Below the pieces are notes generated by a model that did no database searches, had not been told where the DNA came from, and was given only the letters and a program-made list of their open reading frames with translations. Of a stretch of 64,000 nucleotides of DNA, positions 1 to 12,805 are shown piece by piece; positions within the stretch are counted from its first letter, which is position 1, and every line of letters begins with the position of its first letter. A program made the translations under genes and the position numbers. Source of the stretch: Escherichia coli O157:H7 (GTDB lineage Bacteria; Pseudomonadota; Gammaproteobacteria; Enterobacterales; Enterobacteriaceae); the NCBI RefSeq assembly GCF_013167455.1, contig NZ_CP038328.1; one strand, 5' to 3'.

Positions 1-337
1 ATGGCCCCAGATTAGTGATGCTCGCCCGATGATGGATCCTCAAAAGTGTCAGCTTTGCGGTGCATGCTGGCGGGCCTGCGAGCAACAGGTCTTTTCGCTT
101 AACGAAGGCCATTTACAAATAAATGATGCCTTGTGTAACGGATGCCAAAATTGTATTGCTGTTTGTTTTCATCAGGCAATGACCGTTGAATTGACGATTC
201 TACCGGCAAAAATTGTGAATCTTCATGCTAATCGCAAAGTCTGTAAAACCTGTCAAAAATCCTTTCTTACTTTTCAGCAAAATGCGCAAAATTGTCTTTA
301 TTGCCAACGTCATCGTTATGGGATGAGAACACCATAA
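1..337 (+). CDS. partial ORF (5' end outside window), Cys-rich with two CxxCxxCxxxC motifs; identity uncertain, pbpC 3' end expected here by synteny
   Basis: Frame 2 is open from position 2 to TAA at 335-337 (track ORF 29..337 is its ATG-initiated tail); the other two forward frames stop at 13-15 and 30-32; 12 Cys in the last 102 codons; no obvious SD before ATG 29/32. Confidence 0.5.
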   Translation, partial: WPQISDARPMMDPQKCQLCGACWRACEQQVFSLNEGHLQINDALCNGCQNCIAVCFHQAMTVELTILPAKIVNLHANRKVCKTCQKSFLTFQQNAQNCLYCQRHRYGMRTP

Positions 338-477
338 AAGTCGAGTTGTTGCTAAAACTCATTTTATTTTAAAAAAATGTTACCTTCATCAATAGTCAAC
401 GGCTCTGTTGCTCATTATAATCCGCGCCATCTCGTACGCTGGTACAGACAACAACAGAACAATTTACAGAGGTAAAA

Positions 478-909
478 ATGGCTATTGAACGTACTTTTTC
501 CATTATCAAACCGAACGCGGTAGCAAAAAACGTCATTGGTAATATCTTTGCGCGCTTTGAAGCTGCAGGGTTCAAAATTGTCGGCACCAAAATGCTGCAC
601 CTGACCGTTGAACAGGCACGTGGCTTTTATGCTGAACACGATGGAAAACCGTTCTTTGATGGTCTGGTTGAATTCATGACCTCTGGCCCGATCGTGGTTT
701 CCGTGCTGGAAGGTGAAAACGCCGTTCAGCGTCACCGCGATCTGCTGGGCGCGACCAATCCGGCAAACGCACTGGCCGGTACTCTGCGCGCTGATTACGC
801 TGACAGCCTGACCGAAAACGGTACCCACGGTTCTGATTCCGTCGAATCTGCCGCTCGCGAAATCGCTTATTTCTTCGGCGAAGGCGAAGTGTGCCCGCGC
901 ACCCGTTAA
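478..909 (+). CDS. ndk: nucleoside diphosphate kinase
   Basis: Track ORF 143 aa, N-terminus [15 protein letters not shown] and NGTHGSDS motif typical of NDK; SD agagg upstream. Confidence 0.97.
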
Positions 910-970
910 TAATTTCGTAAATGCCGCGTGCAAACGTGGCATCCGTGCGCCAGAATTTGTACAATGCAGC

Positions 971-1012
971 GCCCCCGGACGAGCAGCCGCTCACCGGGGC
1001 GTTTCTTTTTTC
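971..1012 (+). terminator. rho-independent terminator after ndk
   Basis: GC-rich inverted repeat (cccccgg…ccggggc) followed by gtttcttttttc. Confidence 0.6.
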
Positions 1013-1058
1013 AACCCTCCAGGGGCCATAACGTGTAATAACGAGGCCGGAATAGCAT

Positions 1059-2213
1059 ATGTCTGAACAATTAGTCACACCTGAAAACGTCACCACCAAA
1101 GATGGAAAAATCAACCTGCTGGATCTCAATCGTCAGCAGATGCGGGAGTTTTTTAAAGATTTAGGTGAAAAACCCTTCCGCGCCGATCAGGTGATGAAGT
1201 GGATGTATCACTATTGCTGCGACAATTTTGATGAGATGACCGACATCAACAAAGTGTTGCGCGGCAAACTGAAAGAGGTGGCGGAGATCCGCGCACCGGA
1301 AGTGGTTGAAGAACAGCGTTCATCTGACGGCACCATTAAATGGGCGATTGCCGTGGGTGACCAGCGTGTCGAAACGGTGTACATCCCGGAAGACGACCGC
1401 GCTACGCTCTGCGTCTCTTCGCAGGTGGGGTGTGCGCTGGAGTGTAAATTCTGTTCCACCGCCCAGCAGGGCTTTAACCGCAACCTGCGGGTATCGGAAA
1501 TTATTGGCCAGGTGTGGCGTGCGGCGAAAATCGTCGGCGCAGCAAAAGTCACCGGTCAGCGCCCAATCACTAACGTAGTGATGATGGGCATGGGCGAGCC
1601 GCTGCTCAACCTGAACAACGTCGTTCCGGCGATGGAAATCATGCTTGATGATTTCGGTTTTGGTCTGTCTAAACGTCGCGTGACGCTTTCCACTTCCGGT
1701 GTAGTTCCAGCGCTGGATAAACTGGGCGATATGATCGATGTTGCGCTGGCAATTTCCCTGCACGCGCCGAACGACGAAATTCGTGACGAAATTGTGCCGA
1801 TCAACAAAAAGTACAATATCGAAACGTTCCTTGCTGCGGTGCGCCGTTATCTGGAGAAATCCAACGCCAATCAGGGCCGAGTCACTATTGAATACGTGAT
1901 GCTTGACCACGTTAACGACGGCACTGAACACGCGCACCAACTGGCGGAACTGCTGAAAGATACGCCGTGTAAGATCAACCTGATCCCGTGGAACCCGTTC
2001 CCGGCTGCGCCGTATGGACGCAGCTCGAACAGCCGTATCGACCGTTTCTCAAAAGTGCTGATGAGCTACGGTTTCACCACTATTGTGCGTAAAACGCGTG
2101 GTGATGATATCGATGCTGCCTGTGGTCAGTTGGCGGGCGATGTTATCGACCGTACGAAACGTACCCTGCGTAAACGGATGCAGGGTGAAGCCATCGACAT
2201 TAAAGCGGTCTGA
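1059..2213 (+). CDS. rlmN: 23S rRNA m2A2503 / tRNA m2A37 methyltransferase (radical SAM)
   Basis: Track ORF 384 aa; CxxxCxxC radical-SAM motif (CALECKFC); synteny next to ndk. Confidence 0.95.
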   Translation: MSEQLVTPENVTTKDGKINLLDLNRQQMREFFKDLGEKPFRADQVMKWMYHYCCDNFDEMTDINKVLRGKLKEVAEIRAPEVVEEQRSSDGTIKWAIAVGDQRVETVYIPEDDRATLCVSSQVGCALECKFCSTAQQGFNRNLRVSEIIGQVWRAAKIVGAAKVTGQRPITNVVMMGMGEPLLNLNNVVPAMEIMLDDFGFGLSKRRVTLSTSGVVPALDKLGDMIDVALAISLHAPNDEIRDEIVPINKKYNIETFLAAVRRYLEKSNANQGRVTIEYVMLDHVNDGTEHAHQLAELLKDTPCKINLIPWNPFPAAPYGRSSNSRIDRFSKVLMSYGFTTIVRKTRGDDIDAACGQLAGDVIDRTKRTLRKRMQGEAIDIKAV

Positions 2214-2217
2214 TAGC

Positions 2218-2260
2218 CATTACGCCACGGTTACTTTATGTACCGTGGCGTAATGTTTTA
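2218..2260 (+). terminator. rho-independent terminator after rlmN
   Basis: Perfect 14-bp stem cattacgccacggt/accgtggcgtaatg, then TTTTA. Confidence 0.65.
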
Positions 2261-2497
2261 TGAATGAAGTATTAAGTTGCAATTGTCTGGTCAATATTAA
2301 CGGTGCGTTTTTGCTGACTTTAAGGCAGTATGTAACGATGCAACAGTAAGTTAGCCTTAGTGAATGTGGGCTTTGTCACGAGCACACAGACGGTCTTATA
2401 CTGTATGATAACGGTTAACTTAACGGATGTTTCGCGGTGTGGGTGAGCATGATGGTTCACCGGCATCTCAATTCTCATTTAAACGTACCTGCAGCGA

Positions 2498-3511
2498 ATG
2501 AATACTGAAGCCACGCACGACCAAAATGAAGCACTTACTACCGGCGCTCGCCTGCGTAATGCTCGCGAACAACTAGGACTTAGTCAGCAGGCCGTTGCCG
2601 AGCGACTTTGCCTGAAGGTTTCCACGGTACGCGACATTGAAGAAGATAAGGCACCCGCCGATCTTGCTTCAACATTCCTGCGCGGATATATCCGCTCTTA
2701 TGCGCGTCTGGTACATATTCCAGAAGAAGAACTGCTGCCAGGGCTGGAAAAGCAGGCTCCACTACGGGCTGCAAAAGTTGCGCCGATGCAGAGTTTTTCC
2801 CTCGGTAAACGCCGCAAAAAACGCGACGGCTGGCTGATGACCTTCACCTGGCTGGTGTTGTTTGTGGTTATCGGCCTGAGCGGTGCCTGGTGGTGGCAAG
2901 ACCACAAAGCTCAGCAGGAAGAGATCACCACTATGGCCGATCAATCTTCGGCGGAACTGAGCAGTAATAGCGAGCAGGGGCAGAGTGTTCCGTTAAATAC
3001 GTCGACAACTACAGACCCGGCTACAACGTCCACGCCGCCAGCGTCTGTGGATACTACCGCAACCAACACGCAAACACCTGTCGTAACTGCGCCAGCACCA
3101 GCTGTTGATCCGCAACAGAATGCGGTTGTTTCGCCTTCGCAGGCAAATGTTGATACCGCCGCGACCCCGGCACCAACGGCAGCAACAACGCCAGATGGTG
3201 CTGCGCCGTTGCCAACCGATCAGGCTGGCGTGACCACGCCGGTGGCTGATCCGAATGCGCTGGTGATGAACTTTACTGCCGATTGCTGGCTGGAGGTCAC
3301 TGATGCTACCGGTAAAAAATTGTTTAGCGGTATGCAGCGTAAAGACGGTAATTTGAACTTAACCGGCCAGGCACCGTACAAACTGAAAATTGGTGCGCCA
3401 GCCGCAGTACAGATCCAGTATCAAGGGAAACCTGTCGATCTGAGTCGTTTTATCAGAACTAACCAGGTTGCGCGTCTGACCCTCAATGCCGAACAATCAC
3501 CGGCGCAGTAA
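2498..3511 (+). CDS. rodZ: cytoskeleton protein RodZ (HTH, TM, Pro/Thr/Ala-rich periplasmic linker)
   Basis: Track ORF 337 aa; N-terminal HTH, single TM segment, low-complexity linker. Confidence 0.93.
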   Translation: MNTEATHDQNEALTTGARLRNAREQLGLSQQAVAERLCLKVSTVRDIEEDKAPADLASTFLRGYIRSYARLVHIPEEELLPGLEKQAPLRAAKVAPMQSFSLGKRRKKRDGWLMTFTWLVLFVVIGLSGAWWWQDHKAQQEEITTMADQSSAELSSNSEQGQSVPLNTSTTTDPATTSTPPASVDTTATNTQTPVVTAPAPAVDPQQNAVVSPSQANVDTAATPAPTAATTPDGAAPLPTDQAGVTTPVADPNALVMNFTADCWLEVTDATGKKLFSGMQRKDGNLNLTGQAPYKLKIGAPAAVQIQYQGKPVDLSRFIRTNQVARLTLNAEQSPAQ

Positions 3512-3537
3512 CAGACGGGTAACGCGGGAGATTTTTC

Positions 3538-4656
3538 ATGCATAACCAGGCTCCAATTCAACGTAGAAAATCAACACGTATTTACGTTGGGAATGTGCCG
3601 ATTGGCGATGGTGCTCCCATCGCCGTACAGTCCATGACCAATACGCGTACGACAGATGTCGAAGCAACGGTCAATCAAATCAAGGCGCTGGAACGCGTTG
3701 GCGCTGATATCGTCCGTGTCTCCGTACCGACGATGGACGCGGCAGAAGCGTTCAAACTCATCAAACAGCAGGTTAACGTGCCGCTGGTGGCTGACATCCA
3801 CTTCGACTATCGCATTGCGCTGAAAGTAGCGGAATACGGCGTCGATTGTCTGCGTATTAACCCTGGCAATATCGGTAATGAAGAGCGTATTCGCATGGTG
3901 GTTGACTGTGCGCGCGATAAAAACATTCCGATCCGTATTGGCGTTAACGCCGGATCGCTGGAAAAAGATCTGCAAGAAAAGTATGGCGAACCGACGCCGC
4001 AGGCGTTGCTGGAATCCGCCATGCGCCATGTTGATCATCTCGATCGCCTGAACTTCGATCAGTTCAAAGTCAGCGTGAAAGCGTCTGACGTCTTCCTCGC
4101 TGTTGAGTCTTATCGTTTGCTGGCAAAACAAATCGATCAGCCGCTGCATCTGGGGATCACCGAAGCGGGTGGCGCGCGCAGCGGGGCAGTAAAATCCGCC
4201 ATTGGTTTAGGTCTGCTGCTGTCTGAAGGCATCGGCGACACGCTGCGCGTATCACTGGCGGCCGATCCGGTCGAAGAGATCAAAGTCGGTTTCGATATTT
4301 TGAAATCGCTTCGTATCCGTTCGCGAGGTATCAACTTCATCGCCTGTCCGACCTGTTCGCGTCAGGAATTTGATGTTATCGGTACAGTTAACGCGCTGGA
4401 GCAACGCCTGGAAGATATCATCACTCCGATGGACGTTTCGATTATCGGCTGCGTGGTGAATGGCCCGGGTGAGGCGCTGGTTTCTACACTCGGCGTCACC
4501 GGCGGCAACAAGAAAAGCGGTCTCTATGAAGATGGCGTGCGCAAAGACCGTCTGGACAACAACGATATGATCGACCAGCTGGAGGCACGCATTCGTGCGA
4601 AAGCCAGTCAGCTGGACGAAGCGCGTCGAATTGACGTTCAGCAGGTTGAAAAATAA
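3538..4656 (+). CDS. ispG: 4-hydroxy-3-methylbut-2-enyl diphosphate synthase (IspG/GcpE)
   Basis: Track ORF 372 aa; recognised GcpE sequence; operon position after rodZ. Confidence 0.96.
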
Positions 4657-4746
4657 TAACGTGATGGGAAGCGCCTCGCTTCCCGTGTATGATTGAACCC
4701 GCATGGCTCCCGAAACATTGAGGGAAGCGTTGAGGGTTCATTTTTA
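4657..4746 (+). ncRNA. sroE: candidate SroE-type 3'UTR-derived sRNA in the ispG-hisS spacer
   Basis: 110-nt spacer after the ispG stop holds a GC hairpin (4666-4684) and a terminator-like stem (4695-4700/4734-4739) plus T-run 4740-4746; recalled that SroE maps between gcpE(ispG) and hisS. Confidence 0.4.
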
Positions 4747-4766
4747 TATTCAGAAAGAGAATAAAC

Positions 4767-6041
4767 GTGGCAAAAAACATTCAAGCCATTCGCGGCATGA
4801 ACGATTACCTGCCTGGCGAAACGGCCATCTGGCAGCGCATTGAAGGCACACTGAAAAACGTGCTCGGCAGCTACGGTTACAGTGAAATCCGCTTGCCGAT
4901 TGTAGAGCAGACCCCGCTATTCAAACGTGCGATTGGTGAAGTCACCGACGTGGTTGAAAAAGAGATGTACACCTTTGAGGATCGCAATGGCGACAGCCTG
5001 ACTCTGCGCCCTGAAGGGACGGCGGGCTGTGTACGCGCCGGCATCGAGCATGGTCTTCTGTACAATCAGGAACAGCGTCTGTGGTATATCGGGCCGATGT
5101 TCCGTCACGAGCGTCCGCAGAAAGGGCGTTATCGTCAGTTCCATCAGTTGGGCTGCGAAGTTTTCGGTCTGCAAGGTCCGGATATCGACGCTGAACTGAT
5201 TATGCTCACCGCCCGCTGGTGGCGCGCGCTGGGTATTTCCGAACACGTAACTCTTGAGCTGAATTCTATCGGTTCGCTGGAAGCACGCGCCAATTACCGC
5301 GATGCGCTGGTGGCATTCCTTGAGCAGCATAAAGAAAAGCTGGACGAAGACTGCAAACGCCGCATGTACACTAACCCGCTGCGCGTGCTGGATTCAAAAA
5401 ATCCGGAAGTGCAGGCGCTTCTCAACGACGCTCCGGCATTAGGTGATTATCTGGACGAGGAATCTCGTGAGCATTTTGCCGGTCTGTGCAAACTGCTTGA
5501 GAGCGCGGGGATCGCTTACACCGTAAACCAGCGTCTGGTGCGTGGTCTGGATTACTACAACCGTACCGTTTTCGAGTGGGTGACTAACAGTCTCGGCTCC
5601 CAGGGCACCGTGTGTGCAGGCGGTCGTTATGACGGTCTTGTGGAACAACTGGGCGGCCGTGCAACACCGGCTGTCGGTTTTGCGATGGGCCTCGAACGTC
5701 TTGTATTGTTAGTACAGGCCGTTAATCCGGAATTTAAAGCCGATCCTGTTGTCGATATATACCTGGTGGCTTCAGGTGCTGATACACAATCTGCGGCTAT
5801 GGCATTAGCTGAGCGTCTGCGTGATGAATTACCGGGCGTGAAATTGATGACCAACCACGGCGGCGGCAACTTTAAGAAACAGTTTGCCCGTGCTGATAAA
5901 TGGGGTGCCCGCGTTGCTGTGGTGCTGGGTGAGTCTGAAGTGGCTAACGGCACAGCAGTAGTGAAGGATTTGCGCTCTGGTGAGCAAACGGCAGTTGCGC
6001 AGGATAGCGTAGCCGCGCATTTGCGCACGTTACTGGGTTAA
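4767..6041 (+). CDS. hisS: histidine--tRNA ligase
   Basis: Track ORF 424 aa with GTG start at 4767; class II aaRS motifs. Confidence 0.96.
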
Positions 6042-6058
6042 GGAAGGAGAAGGACAGC

Positions 6059-6679
6059 GTGGAAATTTACGAGAACGAAAACGACCAGGTAGAAGCGATT
6101 AAACGCTTTTTTGCTGAAAATGGCAAAGCACTGGCTGTTGGGGTGATTTTGGGCGTTGGCGCACTGATTGGCTGGCGCTACTGGAACAGCCATCAGGTTG
6201 ATTCTGCACGCTCCGCTTCTCTTGCCTATCAAAATGCGGTTACCGCAGTGAGCGAAGGCAAACCGGATAGCATCCCGGCGGCGGAAAAATTTGCTGCTGA
6301 AAATAAAAATACTTATGGTGCGCTGGCTTCTTTGGAACTTGCGCAGCAATTTGTTGACAAAAATGAACTAGAGAAAGCTGCCGCCCAGTTACAACAGGGG
6401 CTGGCAGACACGAGCGATGAAAATCTCAAAGCCGTGATAAATCTGCGTCTTGCTCGCGTTCAGGTACAGCTCAAGCAGGCTGATGCCGCGCTGAAAACCC
6501 TTGATACCATCAAAGGTGAAGGGTGGGCTGCCATTGTTGCCGACCTGCGTGGTGAAGCATTGCTGAGCAAAGGTGATAAGCAAGGTGCGCGTAGTGCATG
6601 GGAAGCAGGCGTGAAAAGCGATGTTACTCCGGCACTGAGCGAAATGATGCAGATGAAAATTAATAATTTGTCCATCTGA
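6059..6679 (+). CDS. yfgM: ancillary SecYEG translocon subunit YfgM (TPR-like, single TM)
   Basis: Track ORF 206 aa, GTG start 6059; synteny hisS-yfgM-bamB-der. Confidence 0.9.
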   Translation: MEIYENENDQVEAIKRFFAENGKALAVGVILGVGALIGWRYWNSHQVDSARSASLAYQNAVTAVSEGKPDSIPAAEKFAAENKNTYGALASLELAQQFVDKNELEKAAAQLQQGLADTSDENLKAVINLRLARVQVQLKQADAALKTLDTIKGEGWAAIVADLRGEALLSKGDKQGARSAWEAGVKSDVTPALSEMMQMKINNLSI

Positions 6680-6689
6680 GAGGGACCCG

Positions 6690-7868
6690 ATGCAATTGCG
6701 TAAATTACTGCTGCCAGGACTGCTTTCCGTTACCCTTTTAAGCGGCTGTTCGCTGTTTAACAGCGAAGAAGATGTGGTAAAGATGTCCCCATTGCCAACC
6801 GTTGAAAACCAGTTTACGCCGACCACGGCGTGGAGCACTTCCGTTGGTAGCGGCATTGGCAACTTCTATTCCAATCTTCATCCGGCACTGGCGGACAACG
6901 TTGTCTATGCAGCGGACCGCGCTGGTTTAGTAAAAGCGCTGAATGCGGATGATGGCAAAGAAATCTGGTCTGTCAGCCTGGCCGAGAAAGATGGCTGGTT
7001 CTCTAAAGAGCCTGCATTACTTTCTGGCGGTGTGACCGTGTCTGGTGGACATGTCTACATTGGCAGCGAAAAGGCGCAGGTTTACGCGCTGAATACCAGC
7101 GATGGTACTGTGGCATGGCAAACTAAAGTCGCGGGTGAAGCACTTTCGCGCCCGGTGGTCAGCGACGGTCTGGTGTTAATCCACACCAGTAACGGTCAGT
7201 TACAAGCGCTGAACGAAGCTGACGGCGCTGTCAAATGGACAGTTAACCTCGATATGCCTTCGCTCTCTTTGCGTGGCGAGTCTGCGCCGGCAACGGCTTT
7301 TGGTGCGGCCGTCGTGGGGGGCGATAATGGTCGCGTCAGCGCAGTGCTGATGGAACAGGGCCAGATGATTTGGCAGCAGCGTATTTCCCAAGCGACCGGT
7401 TCTACCGAAATTGACCGTCTGAGCGATGTTGACACGACTCCCGCCGTTGTTAACGGCGTTGTTTTCGCGCTGGCCTATAATGGTAACCTGACGGCGCTTG
7501 ATCTGCGCAGTGGTCAGATTATGTGGAAACGCGAACTGGGTTCGGTGAATGATTTCATCGTCGACGGCAATCGCATCTATCTGGTCGATCAAAATGACCG
7601 GGTGATGGCGTTGACCATTGATGGCGGCGTTACGCTGTGGACACAAAGCGATCTGCTGCATCGCCTGCTGACTTCTCCGGTGCTGTATAATGGCAACCTG
7701 GTGGTCGGTGACAGTGAAGGTTATTTGCACTGGATTAACGTCGAAGATGGTCGTTTCGTTGCCCAGCAAAAAGTTGATAGTTCCGGTTTCCAGACTGAAC
7801 CGGTTGCCGCTGACGGCAAACTGCTGATCCAGGCAAAAGACGGAACCGTGTACTCTATTACACGTTAA
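6690..7868 (+). CDS. bamB: outer membrane protein assembly factor BamB (lipoprotein, beta-propeller)
   Basis: Track ORF 392 aa; lipobox LLSGC near N-terminus; repeated propeller blades. Confidence 0.95.
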   Translation: MQLRKLLLPGLLSVTLLSGCSLFNSEEDVVKMSPLPTVENQFTPTTAWSTSVGSGIGNFYSNLHPALADNVVYAADRAGLVKALNADDGKEIWSVSLAEKDGWFSKEPALLSGGVTVSGGHVYIGSEKAQVYALNTSDGTVAWQTKVAGEALSRPVVSDGLVLIHTSNGQLQALNEADGAVKWTVNLDMPSLSLRGESAPATAFGAAVVGGDNGRVSAVLMEQGQMIWQQRISQATGSTEIDRLSDVDTTPAVVNGVVFALAYNGNLTALDLRSGQIMWKRELGSVNDFIVDGNRIYLVDQNDRVMALTIDGGVTLWTQSDLLHRLLTSPVLYNGNLVVGDSEGYLHWINVEDGRFVAQQKVDSSGFQTEPVAADGKLLIQAKDGTVYSITR

Positions 7869-7985
7869 TCGTCTCTGTCGTTCACTTTGAAAACGGCTCC
7901 TGGACAGGGGCCGTTTTCCTGTTTTTAACAACGACGCGAATATAGCGTGCGTTGTCTGATGATTTATAAAAATGAGGCTTTAAAC

Positions 7986-9458
7986 ATGGTACCTGTGGTC
8001 GCGCTTGTCGGGCGCCCTAACGTAGGAAAATCCACGTTATTTAACCGTCTAACTCGCACCCGAGATGCGCTGGTTGCGGATTTCCCGGGTCTGACTCGTG
8101 ACCGTAAGTACGGTCGTGCGGAAATTGAAGGCCGTGAGTTTATCTGTATTGATACCGGCGGGATTGATGGCACAGAAGACGGTGTAGAAACCCGCATGGC
8201 GGAACAGTCGCTGCTGGCGATTGAAGAAGCGGACGTCGTACTGTTTATGGTGGATGCGCGCGCGGGCCTGATGCCGGCAGATGAAGCGATTGCCAAACAT
8301 CTGCGCTCCCGTGAAAAACCGACCTTCCTGGTGGCAAACAAAACTGACGGTCTGGATCCCGATCAGGCAGTGGTTGATTTCTACTCGCTTGGTTTAGGTG
8401 AAATCTACCCGATCGCCGCGTCTCACGGTCGTGGCGTATTAAGTCTGCTGGAGCATGTGCTACTGCCGTGGATGGAAGATCTCGCACCGCAAGAGGAAGT
8501 CGACGAAGACGCTGAATACTGGGCGCAATTTGAAGCGGAAGAGAACGGCGAAGAAGAAGAGGAAGACGACTTCGACCCGCAAAGTCTGCCGATCAAACTG
8601 GCGATTGTGGGTCGTCCGAACGTAGGTAAGTCTACACTCACTAACCGTATTCTTGGTGAAGAGCGCGTTGTTGTTTATGACATGCCTGGTACGACGCGTG
8701 ACAGTATCTACATTCCAATGGAACGCGATGGACGTGAGTATGTGCTCATTGACACCGCTGGCGTACGTAAACGCGGCAAAATCACCGATGCTGTAGAGAA
8801 ATTCTCCGTAATCAAAACGTTGCAGGCCATTGAAGACGCCAACGTGGTGATGTTAGTGATTGATGCGCGCGAAGGTATTTCCGATCAGGATCTCTCGCTG
8901 CTGGGCTTTATTCTCAATAGTGGGCGCTCACTTGTCATTGTGGTGAATAAGTGGGATGGCCTGAGTCAGGAAGTGAAAGAGCAGGTGAAAGAAACGCTGG
9001 ACTTCCGTCTGGGCTTTATCGATTTTGCTCGTGTGCACTTTATCTCTGCCTTGCACGGCAGTGGTGTTGGTAACTTGTTTGAATCAGTACGTGAAGCGTA
9101 TGACAGCTCCACCCGTCGTGTGGGGACCTCTATGCTGACGCGCATCATGACGATGGCTGTTGAAGATCACCAACCGCCGCTGGTACGCGGTCGTCGTGTG
9201 AAGCTGAAATATGCACACGCCGGTGGTTATAATCCGCCGATTGTGGTGATTCACGGTAATCAGGTGAAAGACCTGCCTGATTCCTACAAGCGTTACTTGA
9301 TGAACTACTTCCGCAAATCGCTGGACGTAATGGGATCGCCGATTCGTATTCAGTTCAAAGAAGGGGAAAACCCGTATGCGAACAAGCGTAACACCCTGAC
9401 GCCAACCCAGATGCGTAAACGTAAGCGTCTGATGAAGCACATCAAGAAAAATAAATAA
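7986..9458 (+). CDS. der: GTPase Der/EngA (tandem GTPase domains)
   Basis: Track ORF starts at GTG 7947; the recognised N-terminus [17 protein letters not shown] begins at ATG 7986; two GxxxxGKS P-loops. Confidence 0.94.
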
Positions 9459-9526
9459 TTATCCGTAAGTATTTTATCTGCCATTCCCTCTATGAATGTA
9501 GAGGGGTGGCTACCGGAGGAATTCAT

Positions 9527-11139
<1,613 letters not shown>

Positions 11140-11185
11140 TTATTCAGTCGATAGTAACCCGCCCTTCGGGGATAGCAAGCATTTT

Positions 11186-11227
11186 TTGCAAAAAGGGGTA
11201 GATGCAATCGGTTACGCTCTGTATAAT
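11186..11227 (+). promoter_or_regulatory. guaB promoter region: -10 TATAAT at 11222-11227, AT-rich upstream tract, candidate pur-box-like element at 11202-11217
   Basis: TATAAT hexamer 44 bp upstream of the guaB ATG; aTGCAAtCGgTTaCgc is a weak (11/16) pur box match. Confidence 0.4.
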
Positions 11228-11270
11228 GCCGCGGCAATATTTATTAACCACTCTGGTCGAGATATTGCCC

Positions 11271-12737
11271 ATGCTACGTATCGCTAAAGAAGCTCTGACG
11301 TTTGACGACGTTCTCCTCGTTCCTGCTCATTCTACCGTTCTGCCGAATACTGCTGACCTCAGCACCCAGCTGACGAAAACTATTCGTCTGAATATCCCTA
11401 TGCTTTCCGCAGCAATGGATACCGTAACGGAAGCGCGCCTGGCTATTGCTCTGGCTCAGGAAGGCGGTATCGGCTTTATCCACAAAAACATGTCCATTGA
11501 ACGCCAGGCAGAAGAAGTTCGCCGTGTGAAAAAACACGAATCTGGTGTGGTGACTGATCCGCAGACTGTTCTGCCAACCACGACGCTGCGCGAAGTGAAA
11601 GAACTGACCGAGCGTAACGGTTTTGCGGGCTATCCGGTCGTTACCGAAGAAAACGAACTGGTGGGGATTATCACCGGTCGTGACGTGCGTTTTGTTACCG
11701 ACCTGAACCAGCCGGTTAGCGTTTACATGACGCCGAAAGAGCGTCTGGTCACCGTGCGTGAAGGTGAAGCCCGTGAAGTGGTGCTGGCAAAAATGCACGA
11801 AAAACGCGTTGAAAAAGCGCTGGTGGTTGATGACGAATTCCACCTGATCGGCATGATCACCGTGAAAGATTTCCAGAAAGCGGAACGTAAACCGAACGCC
11901 TGTAAAGACGAGCAAGGCCGTCTGCGTGTTGGTGCTGCAGTTGGCGCAGGTGCGGGTAACGAAGAGCGTGTTGACGCGCTGGTTGCCGCTGGCGTTGACG
12001 TTCTGCTGATCGACTCCTCCCACGGTCACTCAGAAGGCGTTTTGCAGCGTATCCGTGAAACCCGTGCTAAATATCCGGATCTGCAAATCATCGGCGGCAA
12101 CGTGGCAACAGCTGCAGGTGCACGCGCTCTGGCAGAAGCTGGTTGCAGCGCGGTTAAAGTCGGTATCGGCCCTGGTTCTATCTGTACGACTCGTATCGTT
12201 ACTGGCGTAGGTGTTCCGCAGATCACTGCCGTTGCTGACGCAGTTGAAGCCCTGGAAGGCACCGGTATTCCGGTTATCGCAGATGGTGGTATTCGCTTCT
12301 CCGGCGACATCGCCAAAGCTATCGCCGCTGGCGCAAGCGCGGTGATGGTAGGTTCCATGCTGGCGGGTACTGAAGAATCTCCGGGTGAAATCGAACTCTA
12401 CCAGGGCCGTTCTTACAAATCTTACCGTGGTATGGGTTCCCTGGGCGCGATGTCCAAAGGTTCCTCTGACCGTTATTTCCAGAGCGATAACGCTGCCGAC
12501 AAACTGGTGCCGGAAGGTATCGAAGGTCGCGTAGCTTATAAAGGTCGCCTGAAAGAGATCATTCACCAGCAGATGGGCGGCCTGCGCTCCTGTATGGGTT
12601 TGACCGGCTGTGGTACTATCGACGAACTGCGTACTAAAGCGGAGTTTGTACGTATCAGCGGTGCGGGCATTCAGGAAAGCCACGTTCACGACGTGACCAT
12701 TACTAAAGAGTCCCCGAACTACCGTCTGGGCTCCTGA
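11271..12737 (+). CDS. guaB: IMP dehydrogenase
   Basis: Track ORF begins at 11202; the recognised N-terminus [16 protein letters not shown] begins at ATG 11271; CBS pair and catalytic Cys loop. Confidence 0.96.
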
Positions 12738-12805
12738 TTCTCTTCGCCCGACTTCATGTCGGGCGATTTATATTATCTGTTTCACTTGCCTCGGAATAAG
12801 CGTCA

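Noticed and set aside
415-942. Long antisense ORFs in the track (415..942 -, 1320..1940 -, 11274..12029 -, 12030..12689 -, 12803..13666 -, 13691..14266 -, 35423..36055 +, 42000..42542 +, 49630..50328 -, 61205..61759 - and many shorter ones)
   Set aside because: Each lies wholly inside a recognisable gene on the opposite strand; these are shadow ORFs expected in GC-rich coding DNA, with no SD or independent support.
7947-7985. N-terminal extensions in the ORF track (der 7947, yfgJ 9506, guaB 11202, ppx 20265, purM 24158, upp 24441, uraA 25138, hyfA 44226, hyfC 41562, hyfJ 33946, gcvR 45548, dapA 45610, purC 47761, ypfH 51594, ypfN 52621, narQ 59643, nudK 61854)
   Set aside because: The track takes the most upstream start; the recognised protein N-termini and SD positions favour the internal starts listed in features.
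8490-8590. Acidic Glu/Asp-rich stretch in der and the Pro/Thr/Ala-rich stretch in rodZ (2960-3260) as possible repeats or insertions
   Set aside because: Both are in-frame low-complexity linkers native to these proteins, not repeat elements or foreign DNA.
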